Positions 40,287 to 51,370 of a stretch of DNA of 64,000 bases are shown here, piece after piece; within the stretch, counting starts at the first letter, position 1; each line of letters starts with the position of its first letter. Under the pieces are notes generated by a model. It did no database searches. It was not told where the DNA came from and saw only the letters and a program-made list of their open reading frames with translations. The DNA is from an uncultured Clostridia bacterium (GTDB taxonomy: Bacteria; Bacillota; Clostridia; TANB77; CAG-465), in the NCBI GenBank assembly GCA_947632225.1, contig CANROM010000001.1:2261-66260 (forward strand), in the 5' to 3' direction. The position numbers and the translations under genes are program-made.

Positions 40287-41024
40287 TTATATTTCTATAA
40301 CTACTACAGTTATATTATCCGTACCACCGTTTTTATTTGCTTTATCTACTAATTTATCTGATATTACTAACACGTTTTCCTCTGCTACTGTCTCTAGAAT
40401 TTCCTGATCTGTTAACATATTAGTTAGTCCATCTGAACATAAGATAACATATCCATTTTCTTTTTCTAATGATTGCATTTGCATATCTATATTACCAAAT
40501 ATTCCTATTGCCTTAGTTAAAATATGCTTTTGTGGGTGATTTTCTACATCCCTTTTATCTATAATCTTTTTTCTAACTAACTCATTTACATATGTGTCAT
40601 CTACTGTTAGCTGCTCTATTTTAGTTTTATTTGAATCTATATAATATAATCTGCTATCTCCTATTGAGCCGTAATATAATTTTCCATTTAATTTAGCAAG
40701 CAAAACAACTGTTGTTGCCATTCCTTTATATTTGTCATTAGAATTCTGGATGCTAAAGATTCTTTCATTTGCAATACGTACAAAATCTACTAGTGCCTGT
40801 TTTTGAGATTCTTCATCTAGTTTATTTAACTTTTCTATATCTTGCTCAAAGTTATCTTTTATTGTATTTACTGCAATCTTACTAGCTACTTCTCCACTTG
40901 CATAACCGCCAAGTCCGTCAGCAACTATATAAAGAGCAGTATTATCATCATATGTCTTTGCAAATAAGTAATCTTCATTGTTTTCTCTTTTTTGTCCTAC
41001 ATCGGTTCTTGCTGTATATCTCAT
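40287..41024 (-). CDS. prpC: PP2C-family Ser/Thr phosphatase (PrpC/Stp).
   Basis: Conserved Asp-containing PP2C motifs (DGLGG, DGLTN, GGTDN). Confidence 0.9.
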   Translation of the reverse strand: MRYTARTDVGQKRENNEDYLFAKTYDDNTALYIVADGLGGYASGEVASKIAVNTIKDNFEQDIEKLNKLDEESQKQALVDFVRIANERIFSIQNSNDKYKGMATTVVLLAKLNGKLYYGSIGDSRLYYIDSNKTKIEQLTVDDTYVNELVRKKIIDKRDVENHPQKHILTKAIGIFGNIDMQMQSLEKENGYVILCSDGLTNMLTDQEILETVAEENVLVISDKLVDKANKNGGTDNITVVVIEI

Positions 41025-41084
41025 TGTTTCACCTCTTATTTTTCATTATATCAAAGAAAGAAAACTTTTTTCAAGTTTTTTTAC

Positions 41085-42161
41085 TTATTCCTCTTTTTTT
41101 GTGTATCTTTTATCTGCAAATTCGTCTGTTTTATCTATATATTTTTTTCTTAGTTGCCCGCAAGCTGCATCAATATCTGAACCAAGCTCTCTTCTTACTG
41201 TTGTTACAACACCACAAGCATTTAATGTATTCATAAAATCTTCTATTCTCTTTTCTGGTGCCTTTTTATATATACCATTTTTTATCTCATTTACTGGTAT
41301 TAGATTAACATGTGCAATCATACCTCTAAGTAATTTAGCAAGTGCTAATGCATCTTCTTTTGAATCATTTTGTCCATAGATTAGTGCATATTCAAAAGAT
41401 ATCCTTCTTCCTGTTAGTTTAATATATTCTTTACATGCTTCTAATATTTCTTGTATAGTGTACTTATTTGCAATTGGCATAGTTTCTCTTCTTTTTTCAT
41501 CAGTAGTAGCATGAAGAGATATAGAAAGAGTACACTGTATATTTTCTTTAGCTAAACGATAAATATTGGGTACTAATCCACATGTAGAAAGACTTATATG
41601 CCTTGCGCCTATATTTAGGCCTAATGGGTAATTTATTTGCCTTATTGACTTTACAACATTATCATAATTATCTAATGGCTCTCCTATTCCCATATATACA
41701 ATATTAGATATTTTCTCACCTGTATATCTTTCAACAGTAAGCAATTGTCCTTCTATTTCAGATGCTAAAAGTGATCTTGCAAACCCTTCCTTTGTTGAAG
41801 CACAAAATTTACAGCCCATTTTACAACCTACTTGTGAAGACACACAAATAGTGTTTCCATGATGATATCTCATTAGAACTGACTCTATAGCATTATTATC
41901 TGGTAGTTCAATTAAAAACTTCATAGTTCCGTCTTTTTTTGATACCTGACATTCAATTACTTTAAGTTCTAATATATATGTTCTTTCTCTTAGTTTATCT
42001 CTTAATGCTTTAGATATATCTGTCATTTCATCAAAATCTAGTACTTTTTCCCTATGTATCCACTTGAATATCTGACGTGCATGAAATTTCTTTTCTCCAA
42101 GTTCTTCTATAAATTTTTCTAGCTCTTCAAATGTAAGCTCGTTTATATTTATCTTTTCCAT
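41085..42161 (-). CDS. rlmN: 23S rRNA / tRNA (adenine-C2)-methyltransferase RlmN (radical SAM).
   Basis: CVSSQVGCKMGCKFC radical-SAM cluster and the RlmN/Cfr C-terminal Cys. Confidence 0.93.
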   Translation of the reverse strand: MEKININELTFEELEKFIEELGEKKFHARQIFKWIHREKVLDFDEMTDISKALRDKLRERTYILELKVIECQVSKKDGTMKFLIELPDNNAIESVLMRYHHGNTICVSSQVGCKMGCKFCASTKEGFARSLLASEIEGQLLTVERYTGEKISNIVYMGIGEPLDNYDNVVKSIRQINYPLGLNIGARHISLSTCGLVPNIYRLAKENIQCTLSISLHATTDEKRRETMPIANKYTIQEILEACKEYIKLTGRRISFEYALIYGQNDSKEDALALAKLLRGMIAHVNLIPVNEIKNGIYKKAPEKRIEDFMNTLNACGVVTTVRRELGSDIDAACGQLRKKYIDKTDEFADKRYTKKEE

Positions 42162-42272
42162 ATTTTCTCCTTATTATAACATATATATAATACTACAAAA
42201 CACATTAAATTTCAACAATTTTATGTTTACAATACAAAGAGCAACACAAAAAGTGTTGCTCATATTACTCTC

Positions 42273-42578
42273 TTACTCTACCTCTTTAACTCTAACATTT
42301 ACTCCATCTATGTTTTTATATTCTCTTTTCTCATTTTTTTGAACTTTCTTTTCTATTTCAGACTCTAAATCTACGCCTAATATTTCAGATAGTCCCATTA
42401 AATATATAGCTATATCTGCTAATTCTTCAGGCAAGTCTTCTTTCTTCTTACGGTAAGCATCATAAGCTTCTGCAACTTCTCCATACAAATAGCAAAATTC
42501 CTTTGGTACGTCTGTTACATTAAAACCTTTATTAACTTTATTTTGATATACTCTTTTTTGTATTTTATTTAAATCCAT
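42273..42578 (-). CDS. Small MazG-like nucleotide pyrophosphohydrolase domain protein (YpjD-like).
   Basis: E..GE.AEA...EEL.D..IYL pattern (GEVAEAYDAY...EELADIAIYLMGL). Confidence 0.6.
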   Translation of the reverse strand: MDLNKIQKRVYQNKVNKGFNVTDVPKEFCYLYGEVAEAYDAYRKKKEDLPEELADIAIYLMGLSEILGVDLESEIEKKVQKNEKREYKNIDGVNVRVKEVE

Positions 42579-42590
42579 AGCTATACCTCA

Positions 42591-42791
42591 CTATCTATAA
42601 TATTCTCTATCTTCTTTTACATATTTTCCTAGATTAAATTTATTATCTTTTGCTATTTCTATTAGTTCCTCTGCAGATGCTTTTTCTACATTCCCTAATT
42701 CTACAATAGCAGCAGGAAAGCCATTAAACATAGCTGCTTCAAAATAGTCCATTAAATCTTTTCTTAATTTTTCAATATCTATATTTTCCAT
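42591..42791 (-). CDS. Hypothetical 66-aa acidic protein.
   Basis: Starts 2 nt after the fmt stop. No recognisable motif. Confidence 0.45.
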   Translation of the reverse strand: MENIDIEKLRKDLMDYFEAAMFNGFPAAIVELGNVEKASAEELIEIAKDNKFNLGKYVKEDREYYR

Positions 42792-42792
42792 A

Positions 42793-43734
42793 TTATATGA
42801 ACCTTTCTGTATACTCTATTTTATTTCCAGCCATAAAAGCTTTTATATCCATTCTTTTTGAGTTTTCAGGCTGAATTTGCTTTATACTTATATATCCACC
42901 ATTGCAACCAATAGAAAGCTCATCTTTTGCTATCTTTATAACTTCTCCACACTTGTTAGTGCCATCTTCATTATAGCTAATCTCAAATACTTTATATTTT
43001 TTACCATTTTCAAGCTCTATATATGTACCAGGAAATGGAGATAGTCCTCTTACAAAATTAAATATTTCCCTAGGTGACTTGTTAAAATCTATTTTTGTCA
43101 TTTCACGACTTATCATAGGAGCAAGAGTTCCTTCTTCAGGCTGTTTCTCTCTTTTTATATCCCCAGCTACAACTCTATCTATTGTCTCTACAAGTAAATT
43201 TGCTCCAATTACCATAAGTCTATCATGTACATCTTCTAAATTATACTCGTCTTTAATTTCAATTTCTTCTTTTAATAGCATATCCCCTGTATCCATTCCA
43301 ACATCCATAAACATTGTAGTAATTCCTGTAGTTTTCTCTCCATTTATTATAGCCCACTGCATAGGTGCAGCACCCCTATATTTTGGAAGTAAAGAGCCAT
43401 GAACATTTATACATCCATATTTAGGGTAGTCTAATATTTCTTTAGGAAGTATTTTTCCATATGCTACAACAGCTATAACATCTGGTTCAAGCTCTTTTAA
43501 TATGTTCATAACTTCTTCGTTATTTCTTAGTTTTTTTGGTTGGTATACTGGTATACCTTTTTCTACTGCATACTCTTTAACTGCTGAAGCTTTAAGTTTC
43601 ATTCCTCTTCCAGATGGCTTATCTGGATTAGTAAAACAGCCAACAACATTAAAACCAGATTCGTATAATTTTTTTAGTGATTCTCTAGCAAATTCTGGTG
43701 TTCCCATGAATACAACTTTAATGTCTTTTCTCAA
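42793..43734 (-). CDS. fmt: Methionyl-tRNA formyltransferase.
   Basis: N-terminal formyltransferase domain (VVFMGTPEFA...HGSLLPKYRGAAP) and a C-terminal tRNA-binding domain. Confidence 0.95.
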   Translation of the reverse strand: MRKDIKVVFMGTPEFARESLKKLYESGFNVVGCFTNPDKPSGRGMKLKASAVKEYAVEKGIPVYQPKKLRNNEEVMNILKELEPDVIAVVAYGKILPKEILDYPKYGCINVHGSLLPKYRGAAPMQWAIINGEKTTGITTMFMDVGMDTGDMLLKEEIEIKDEYNLEDVHDRLMVIGANLLVETIDRVVAGDIKREKQPEEGTLAPMISREMTKIDFNKSPREIFNFVRGLSPFPGTYIELENGKKYKVFEISYNEDGTNKCGEVIKIAKDELSIGCNGGYISIKQIQPENSKRMDIKAFMAGNKIEYTERFI

Positions 43735-43783
43735 GATAAAATCATTCCTTTCTAAAGAAAAGATTAAGATACTTTAAAATACC

Positions 43784-44680
43784 TTAATCTTGCATTTTAA
43801 TTTCAACTTTACTAAACTTTAACTTATTATCTTTTATTTCAAAAACAGTTTTAACTTCACCTATTGTTTTATTTTCCTGTTTTGTATCATCTAAATCATA
43901 TAATAGATACTGATAAGCAACAAATTCAAGTGCACCATCATTATCTACATCATTAAGTTCTACTTTTGAAAATCTATCTCTTAAATATGTTTCTCTATAA
44001 TCTAAAAGATTTATTCCTAGCTCTGAAAGATCAAATTTCTTTGTCTTTGTATATTCTTTTAAATATTCTTTTTCAAAATTATCTAAAGATACTTCTAATT
44101 TACTATTTTTATCATCCTTATTCGTATAAATAGTATATCCTAAAAACTCTTTATCTGTTGTATTTCCAATGATATCTATTACATCTCCATAATATAAATT
44201 GTATAGTTCTACATTACCACTTAAATCTGATATTAAAAAGTACATTTCTTCTTCATCTTCGTATATTTGTAACGCTACATCAGACTTAAACTCTTTTTGA
44301 GTTTTATATTTAGTTATCTCTCCCTTTTCACCGTCGATAACTACAAATTCAACATCTTTATATAGTTCAACTATAGAATTAAGTGCATTATCTCCACTTC
44401 TTTGCTCTTTTCCCATAATAAAAACAAAATCTTGGTTTCTATCATTATTTATATCTTTTTTATATATTTTTATTATAGTGTTGTCTTCTAAATCCATAGC
44501 TTTTGCTACTTCATGAGTATATATAAATCTTAGTCCAGACTCAGAAGCTTCAAACTCATAAAATAGATATACACCTACACCTATAATTGAAAACAATATT
44601 ACTAAAAGTATTGCCCTTTTTAGCCTTCTAAATGAAAACGTAAAGCCAAGACTTTTAATAAACTCAGAAATTATTTTCAT
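43784..44680 (-). CDS. Hypothetical membrane-anchored protein between def and fmt.
   Basis: One N-terminal TM helix (AILLVILFSIIGVGVYLFY) and a roughly 260-aa acidic extracytoplasmic domain. Confidence 0.5.
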   Translation of the reverse strand: MKIISEFIKSLGFTFSFRRLKRAILLVILFSIIGVGVYLFYEFEASESGLRFIYTHEVAKAMDLEDNTIIKIYKKDINNDRNQDFVFIMGKEQRSGDNALNSIVELYKDVEFVVIDGEKGEITKYKTQKEFKSDVALQIYEDEEEMYFLISDLSGNVELYNLYYGDVIDIIGNTTDKEFLGYTIYTNKDDKNSKLEVSLDNFEKEYLKEYTKTKKFDLSELGINLLDYRETYLRDRFSKVELNDVDNDGALEFVAYQYLLYDLDDTKQENKTIGEVKTVFEIKDNKLKFSKVEIKMQD

Positions 44681-44693
44681 CTTATCACCTTAT

Positions 44694-45164
44694 TTAATTT
44701 TGTTCATCATATCTATCTAAAAATACAATGCCATCTAAATGATCTATTTCATGCTGTAAAACTACAGCTTCTATATCTTTAGCTACAATTTTCTTTTTCT
44801 TACCATTTATATCTAAGTATTCTACAGTAACTTTTTCATGTCTTTGTATATTTTTATATACATCAGGAAAAGATAGGCATCCTTCTTCTACCTCTATCAT
44901 AGTCTTTGATCTTGAAGTAATCTTAGGATTTATTAGGATATGTCCTTCCTTTTTTCCATCTTCTTGAATATAGCTAATGTCATAAACAATCATCTTTTTT
45001 AACATTCCAACTTGACATGCAGCAAGTCCTATGCCATCATTTTTATACATAGTTTCTAACATATCTTGTCCAAGTTGTTTAATTTTATCGTCTATGACAT
45101 CTATTTCTTTAGACTTCTTAGCTAATATATCATCCCCATCTTTTCTTATTTCTCTAATAGCCAT
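44694..45164 (-). CDS. def: Peptide deformylase.
   Basis: GIGLAACQVG, EGCLSFP and HEIDHLDG motifs. Confidence 0.95.
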   Translation of the reverse strand: MAIREIRKDGDDILAKKSKEIDVIDDKIKQLGQDMLETMYKNDGIGLAACQVGMLKKMIVYDISYIQEDGKKEGHILINPKITSRSKTMIEVEEGCLSFPDVYKNIQRHEKVTVEYLDINGKKKKIVAKDIEAVVLQHEIDHLDGIVFLDRYDEQN

Positions 45165-45183
45165 TTTAAAAAATTACCCCCAA

Positions 45184-47667
45184 TTATAACTCTACATCTA
45201 TATTATTCTTTGCTTGTGCACTTTCTTGTGAGTCTCCTGTTTCAGAGGCCTCATCTTGTACACTATTTGCTTGAGCAGCACTACCCATTTTTATCTCTTG
45301 CCACTCTTCTTTTGAAATTAAAACTTGTCTTGCCTTACTTCCTGCAGAACCAGATATAAGACCTCTCTCTTCCATTTGGTCAACCATTCTACCTGCTCTT
45401 GCATATCCAACTCTTAGTTTTCTTTGAATCATAGAAGCAGATGCTTGACCCATTTCTACAACAAGATCTATTGCCTCATTTAAAAGCTCATCCGCATCAT
45501 CTTGTTCTTCTGCATCAGCATTAGCATTGTTTTTGCCGTTAGCTTTTTCAATGCTTTCAATTATTTCGGTATTGTATGTTGCATTAGTATTTGCTTTTAT
45601 TTCTTCAACTATATTCTCAATCTCACTTTCAGATACAAATGTTCCTTGCATTCTTAAAGGTTTAGTTTCTCCAACAGGGAAATATAGCATATCTCCTTTT
45701 CCAAGTAGTTTCTCTGCTCCAGCCATATCTAGTATAGTTCTTGAATCTACTTGTGAAGAAACAGTAAATGCAATACGTGATGGAATATTTGCTTTAATTA
45801 TACCAGTGATTACATCAACTGATGGTCTCTGAGTTGCAATAATTAAATGCATACCAGCTGCTCTTGCCATCTGTGCAAGTCTACAAATTGCATCTTCAAC
45901 ATCATTTGGTGCAACCATCATTAAATCTGCAAGCTCATCTATAATTATTACTATTTGAGGAAGTTTTGCTCCTCCTTCTTCTTTTTCTATTACTGCGTTA
46001 TATCCCTTTATGTCCTTAACGCCTTTAGAAGCAAATAGATTATATCTATTTACCATTTCCTGAACAGCCCAGTTAAGTGCTCCAGCAGCTTTTTTAGGAT
46101 CTGTAACTACTGGTATTAGTAAATGTGGTATTCCATTGTATCCTGAAAGCTCAACCATTTTAGGATCTACAAGTATCATTTTAACTTCACTTGGTTTAGC
46201 TTTATATAGTATAGATACAATTATTGAGTTAATACATACACTCTTACCAGAACCTGTAGCACCAGCAATAAGCATATGTGGCATTTTAGCAATATCTCCA
46301 ACACAAACTTCACCTGCTGCATCTTTTCCTAGAGCAAATGCAAGCTTAGATTTATGATTTTTGAATGTATCAGACTCAATTACCTCTCTTAGCATAACAG
46401 ACTCAGCTGCGGCATTAGGTACTTCTATACCAACAGCTGCCTTTCCAGGTATAGGAGCTTCAATTCTTATTGATTTAGCAGCTAAATTTAATGCTATATC
46501 ATCAGATAAGTTAACTATCTTACTTACCTTTACACCAGTGCTTGGTGTAAGTTCATATCTAGTTACAGTTGGTCCTTTAGTTATGTTAGTTACTCTTGCT
46601 TCAACTCCAAAGCTTTGAAGTGTTTTTTGAAGTCTTACAGCAACTGAATGAATTGCTTTTCTATCAAAAGCCTCTCCTTCTTTTGGCTCAGCTAAAAGTT
46701 CAATTGAAGGAAAAACATAATTATCATTTTCAACATGAGCAGTATGATCTAGTATCATAACTTCTTTTAAAGACTTATCCTCTTTTTCTTCTTTTTGAAT
46801 TTTAAAGAATTCATCTCTTTTTTGTTTTCCTTTAATTTCTTCTTCTGTAGGAGGCTTTGGCTTTCCACCTAGTTTATTAAAATCAAACTCAATTTGATCT
46901 GCATTACTTACATTTAAGTTTTGAGCTACATTCTCACTGCCAGGCTCTCTTAATTTATCTAATTTTTCTTGTTCTTTCTCTATTTTTGCTTTTTCTCTTC
47001 TAGAAAGCTTTGGTACTTTATTTCCTAAATTATCTGTATACTCGTATTGCTTTACTTCATCATCTCTAAATAAAGTATTCTTCATATTGCTAAGATGATC
47101 TATAATGTAATTTATACTATACTTTAGTCCTCCAAAGAATTGCTTAAATGAAATATTACATAAGAATAATGTTAGTATAAATGTAACTATTGGGAATATA
47201 ATTCTTGCAACACTCATTCCTGTTAAACCTGCAACTAGTCCTGCAATAAGAGTTCCAATAGCTCCGCCATAATTTTTACCTGCGATTCCAGCATTTACAC
47301 TATCAACTATTGTTTTAACTGGATTTTCATACATTGTTACACTACTTTGTGTAAATACAAGAAGAGTAGCAGCTATTAGAGCTATTACAACAAGTCCTCT
47401 CTTTAGTTCTCTAAAAGGCTTTACTTTCTTTTCAGATAAAATGCAATGTATTCCTATAATCATTAGAAGTATAGGAAAAGAATATGCAGATTTTCCAAGA
47501 GCACCTAAAAGTAGCACCTTACAAATATCTGCAAAGTTTCCAACATTTTTAAAACCTATAAAAACAAACAGAATAAGACCAAGAACAACAAGAAATCCAC
47601 CTAACATATCATTACTTATTGTTTTTTGTTCTTTTTTGCTTGGTCTACCTCTTTTTCCTCTACTCAT
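45184..47667 (-). CDS. ftsK: DNA translocase FtsK/SpoIIIE.
   Basis: N-terminal TM domain, a linker, a RecA-like motor (Walker A GATGSGKS), and a C-terminal gamma wHTH domain. Confidence 0.93.
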   Translation of the reverse strand: MSRGKRGRPSKKEQKTISNDMLGGFLVVLGLILFVFIGFKNVGNFADICKVLLLGALGKSAYSFPILLMIIGIHCILSEKKVKPFRELKRGLVVIALIAATLLVFTQSSVTMYENPVKTIVDSVNAGIAGKNYGGAIGTLIAGLVAGLTGMSVARIIFPIVTFILTLFLCNISFKQFFGGLKYSINYIIDHLSNMKNTLFRDDEVKQYEYTDNLGNKVPKLSRREKAKIEKEQEKLDKLREPGSENVAQNLNVSNADQIEFDFNKLGGKPKPPTEEEIKGKQKRDEFFKIQKEEKEDKSLKEVMILDHTAHVENDNYVFPSIELLAEPKEGEAFDRKAIHSVAVRLQKTLQSFGVEARVTNITKGPTVTRYELTPSTGVKVSKIVNLSDDIALNLAAKSIRIEAPIPGKAAVGIEVPNAAAESVMLREVIESDTFKNHKSKLAFALGKDAAGEVCVGDIAKMPHMLIAGATGSGKSVCINSIIVSILYKAKPSEVKMILVDPKMVELSGYNGIPHLLIPVVTDPKKAAGALNWAVQEMVNRYNLFASKGVKDIKGYNAVIEKEEGGAKLPQIVIIIDELADLMMVAPNDVEDAICRLAQMARAAGMHLIIATQRPSVDVITGIIKANIPSRIAFTVSSQVDSRTILDMAGAEKLLGKGDMLYFPVGETKPLRMQGTFVSESEIENIVEEIKANTNATYNTEIIESIEKANGKNNANADAEEQDDADELLNEAIDLVVEMGQASASMIQRKLRVGYARAGRMVDQMEERGLISGSAGSKARQVLISKEEWQEIKMGSAAQANSVQDEASETGDSQESAQAKNNIDVEL

Positions 47668-47694
47668 TTTATCACAACCTCTTTTTTAAAATAT

Positions 47695-48132
47695 TTATTT
47701 TAGTTCTCTTCTATTGTTATGAATCATATCCATAGTTTCTCTTAAGATGTTCTCAACTTTTTCTAAAATGCCATCAGCATAATCTCTAGTACCCTCAGAT
47801 ATTTCCTTAGATACTTTGTTTGCATTTTCTATAATTTCTTCTTTTTGTGCTAGAGCTTGTTTTGTTATTTCATGTTCATCTACTAAATTTATAATTTTAC
47901 TTTCTGTTTCTTTTAATACTTTTTGTGCTTCAAATTCAGCGTCAGAAATAATTCTTTGTCTTTCTTCTTTTACCCATTTTGCTTGCTTTAATTCATCTGG
48001 TAATTTAAGTCTTATATCTTCAATTATCTCTCTTAGTTCTTCTGCGTCTACCATAACCTTAGTTGAAAAAGGCACTTTTGTACCTGATTCTAAAATTTCT
48101 TCTAAATTCTCTAACAATGTGAATACTTCCAT
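47695..48132 (-). CDS. Hypothetical acidic coiled-coil protein.
   Basis: 145 aa, predicted all-helical. Occupies the slot after rsmD where coaD is usually found. Confidence 0.5.
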   Translation of the reverse strand: MEVFTLLENLEEILESGTKVPFSTKVMVDAEELREIIEDIRLKLPDELKQAKWVKEERQRIISDAEFEAQKVLKETESKIINLVDEHEITKQALAQKEEIIENANKVSKEISEGTRDYADGILEKVENILRETMDMIHNNRRELK

Positions 48133-48136
48133 TTCA

Positions 48137-48724
48137 TTACCTCCATTTATACATCTTCAAAACTACATTTCCATAAGCACGCTCATCAATACATTGTAGA
48201 TTTGTAAAATTTTCTAAAACCTCTCTTCTATTATTTTTTTCTAGCTTTAAAAGAAAATTTTTATCTGTTTCATATATAATTATGCCATCTTGCTTTAAGT
48301 ATTTGTCCTTAGATTCGGATATGGTATTTAAAGTATTTATGCCTAAATCACTATCATAAGGTGGATCTAAAAATATTACATCAAATAGCATATCTTCACT
48401 TAGTATTTGATTTAGACATTTTGCATAATCTTTCTTAGTTATTTTAACATATTCTTGCGTTTTAGTCAACTTAACATTGGATATTATGGTAGAAATACTA
48501 AGGTTTTCTTTATCATTTATCCATGCAAATTTAGCACCTCTACTAATTGCTTCAAGCGCTAAGTTTCCAGTTCCTCCAAAGAGGTCAAGAACATATGCCC
48601 CTTTTATATAATTATTTATAATTGAAAACAGTGCCTCTTTAACTCTGTCTAAGGTTGGTCTTGTCTTTTCTGTTTTTGGACTTACCAGCCTTTTTGCCTT
48701 AGCACTTCCAGCTATTATTCTCAA
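48137..48724 (-). CDS. rsmD: 16S rRNA (guanine966-N2)-methyltransferase RsmD.
   Basis: RPTLDRVKEALF...LDLFGGTGNLALEAISRGA...DPPY motifs. Confidence 0.9.
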   Translation of the reverse strand: MRIIAGSAKAKRLVSPKTEKTRPTLDRVKEALFSIINNYIKGAYVLDLFGGTGNLALEAISRGAKFAWINDKENLSISTIISNVKLTKTQEYVKITKKDYAKCLNQILSEDMLFDVIFLDPPYDSDLGINTLNTISESKDKYLKQDGIIIYETDKNFLLKLEKNNRREVLENFTNLQCIDERAYGNVVLKMYKWR

Positions 48725-48728
48725 AACA

Positions 48729-49217
48729 CTATGCCTCCACTTCTAAAAACATATATTTTTTATTATAATTATCCATTATCTTTGCTATATTTTCTGGTGC
48801 AAAAGTTATGCTTGCAGTATTATCATTAGGATGAAAAGATACTTTACTCTCATTAAGTAGTTCTTTATCTACTACAAATATAACATCTGTATCTGGTGCA
48901 CCTATAACATTTAGTATAGAAACTGATCCTGGTTTTATATGAAGCTTTTCATATAGCTCACTCTCATTTCCAAAAGATAATCTATGTGAATGTAGCATAT
49001 CTGATATCCTTTTTAAATCTGCCCTTTTGGTTACAGGAAGCGATACTAAATAAAAAACATTAGCTTTTTTGTCTTTTAAAAATAAGTTTTTACAACATTT
49101 TCCTTCAAATTTTATATCTTTTAACATTTCTTCGTCTTTCCTGTTAAAAATTGCTGGATGACGAATAATGCTATAATCTATGTTTAAAGCTTTAAATACA
49201 TTTATTACTTCTTCCAT
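48729..49217 (-). CDS. ybaK: YbaK/ProX-family aminoacyl-tRNA deacylase.
   Basis: HPNDNTASI and GSVS motifs. Start at MEEVINVF with a GGGAG RBS. Confidence 0.8.
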   Translation of the reverse strand: MEEVINVFKALNIDYSIIRHPAIFNRKDEEMLKDIKFEGKCCKNLFLKDKKANVFYLVSLPVTKRADLKRISDMLHSHRLSFGNESELYEKLHIKPGSVSILNVIGAPDTDVIFVVDKELLNESKVSFHPNDNTASITFAPENIAKIMDNYNKKYMFLEVEA

Positions 49218-49240
49218 TTTTTCTCCCTTTTTACACATAT

Positions 49241-49269
49241 ATAATACTACAAAAAGACGTATTTTTCAA
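49241..49269 (-). promoter_or_regulatory. Sigma-A-type promoter for ybaK.
   Basis: TTGAAA-N17-TATTAT read on the minus strand, about 20 nt upstream of the ybaK RBS. Confidence 0.5.
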
Positions 49270-49460
49270 TAAAAAAAGAAAAAATAAGAAACACTGGGAT
49301 ATTTCTTATTTTTTCAAGCAAATTATTTATATAAAAAGTTTGGTAGTAATCGAGGTGTAAAATCCTTCTTTTTTACCCCTCTATATATATAGACGTTTTA
49401 GAAGGGCATTTTGTTTCAAAATTTTTAAAATTTCTTAAAAAAATTTAAAATTTTTTAATT

Positions 49461-50852
49461 TTATAGGCTATTTTCATCAATTATATCCAAAATATGTGGT
49501 TTTGATTTTAAAGTTTTTGCTACTTCTTCTTCAATATTATCTATATAAATTGCATTTTCAATATACTCAAAAGCACTCTCAAATTTTTCTTTATCGTTAT
49601 ATAGAACTGTAAGGATAGTATCTCCTTCATTTACCCTATCTCCTACTTTTTTAGAAAATTCAAAGCCTACAGAATAATCTATTCTATCTTCTTTTCTATT
49701 TCTTCCACCACCAAGAGCTACTAATGCTTCACCTATCTTTTTGCTATCTATAGAAACAACATATCCATCAGATTGAGCATGTATTTCTTTTAAGTATTTT
49801 ACTTTATCATCAAGAACAGGCATATCTAAGTTTAATCCAATCCAATCCATATATACGTTATATATGTGTCCACCCTGTGCTTTTACTAGCTCTATGAATT
49901 TATCATAAGCTGCACGAGATACAATAGCTTTAGTTATATCTTTTCTGTTCTTTTCCATATCATCACATATACCAGACATCTTAATCATCTGAGCTGCAAT
50001 TTCGTATACAATCTCTTTTAAATCTCTAATTTCTTCACTTTGAAGTGTTGTTTCATCTGAAAGTAAAAATGATATTACCTCTTTTATCTCAAGTGCATTT
50101 CCTACATTTCTACCTAAAGGCTCACTCATCGAAGTAACAATAGCTTTAGTTTCTACTCCTGCAAGTTTACCAATTTTTACCATAGTCTTAGATAGCTTTC
50201 TTGCATCCTCTAAAGTTTTCATGAATGCACCACTTCCAACAGTGACATCAAGCAAGATTTTATCCACTCCAGATGCAAGTTTTTTAGACATTATAGAGGA
50301 AGCTATAAGGTCAATAGATTCAACAGTAGCTGTTGTATCTCTTAGTGCGTAAATTTTTTTATCTGCTACTGCAATTTCTGGGCTTTGAGATATTAAGCAT
50401 ACACCAATATCTTGAACTTGACGTATTGCATCATTTATTGGAATATTAACATTATATCCTACTATAGATTCTAGTTTATCTGCTGTTCCACCAGTAAATC
50501 CAAGTCCTCTTCCACTCATTTTACAAACTCCAACGCCAAGAGCGGCTATAATTGGCAATACAATTAGTGTTATTTTATCTCCAACGCCACCAGTTGAGTG
50601 CTTATCTACAATATATTTTCCTGGTACTTTTATACTAGATAAATCTAATGTTTTAGCTGAATTTGCCATAGCAAAAGTTAAATTTTTAAGTTCTTCATCA
50701 CTCATACCATTTAGATATATCGCCATAAGTAATGCTGACATCTGATAATCTGGTATTTCTCCTTTACTATACCCATTTACAAAGAACTCGATTTCTTCTT
50801 TTGATAGTTCATATTTGTCTCTTTTTTTCTCTATTATTTCATACATTCTCAT
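49461..50852 (-). CDS. pdp: Pyrimidine-nucleoside (thymidine) phosphorylase.
   Basis: DKHSTGGVGDK phosphate-binding motif and the glycosyltransferase family 3 fold. Confidence 0.9.
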   Translation of the reverse strand: MRMYEIIEKKRDKYELSKEEIEFFVNGYSKGEIPDYQMSALLMAIYLNGMSDEELKNLTFAMANSAKTLDLSSIKVPGKYIVDKHSTGGVGDKITLIVLPIIAALGVGVCKMSGRGLGFTGGTADKLESIVGYNVNIPINDAIRQVQDIGVCLISQSPEIAVADKKIYALRDTTATVESIDLIASSIMSKKLASGVDKILLDVTVGSGAFMKTLEDARKLSKTMVKIGKLAGVETKAIVTSMSEPLGRNVGNALEIKEVISFLLSDETTLQSEEIRDLKEIVYEIAAQMIKMSGICDDMEKNRKDITKAIVSRAAYDKFIELVKAQGGHIYNVYMDWIGLNLDMPVLDDKVKYLKEIHAQSDGYVVSIDSKKIGEALVALGGGRNRKEDRIDYSVGFEFSKKVGDRVNEGDTILTVLYNDKEKFESAFEYIENAIYIDNIEEEVAKTLKSKPHILDIIDENSL

Positions 50853-50866
50853 ATCTATTACCTCAC

Positions 50867-51232
50867 TTATATTCTTACTTCTTTAGTCCATTTTCTTTCT
50901 TGCTCATCTAGTCCTATATATATTAGTTGGCCATCTTCGATTTTAAATTTTGACATATCTGTTTCTATTATATTAGGGATTATATGTTTTAGCTCTATTC
51001 CATATGCATCAAAACTTTCTTCATTGTATTCTTGTTTTGCTATCATTTCATCTTTATATTTTTGCATTTCCAAGCAATATTCATACACATTTAATTTAAA
51101 TGCTTCTTCTTGTGTTTTGTTTTTTGCTTTATTATTAAATATTTGTGCTACAAAAGTTATAGCTACACTCATTACGCATATAACAATAACAAGCAAAATT
51201 AAGCTCTTTCCTGTTTTTCTTTTATTTAACAT
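50867..51232 (-). CDS. Hypothetical small protein with an N-terminal TM anchor.
   Basis: TM segment LILLVIVICVMSVAITFVAQIF. Divergent from asnB. Confidence 0.5.
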   Translation of the reverse strand: MLNKRKTGKSLILLVIVICVMSVAITFVAQIFNNKAKNKTQEEAFKLNVYEYCLEMQKYKDEMIAKQEYNEESFDAYGIELKHIIPNIIETDMSKFKIEDGQLIYIGLDEQERKWTKEVRI

Positions 51233-51370
51233 ATAACCACCTCACTATATTTCTCTATATTTTGATAATACAATAAACCTACACTTTTTTCAACAAATTT
51301 CACTAAATTTTAACTATTAAAACACTCATAAATAAGTTACATTTGTAATAGTATTAAATGAGGTGATTTT

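Noticed and set aside
49400-49460. Phased A/T tracts (AAAATTTTTAAAATTTCTTAAAAAAATTTAAAATTTTTT) between pdp and ybaK.
   Set aside because: Probably intrinsically curved AT-rich spacer DNA, possibly UP-element-like, upstream of the ybaK promoter. That is common in AT-rich genomes and is not a discrete element.
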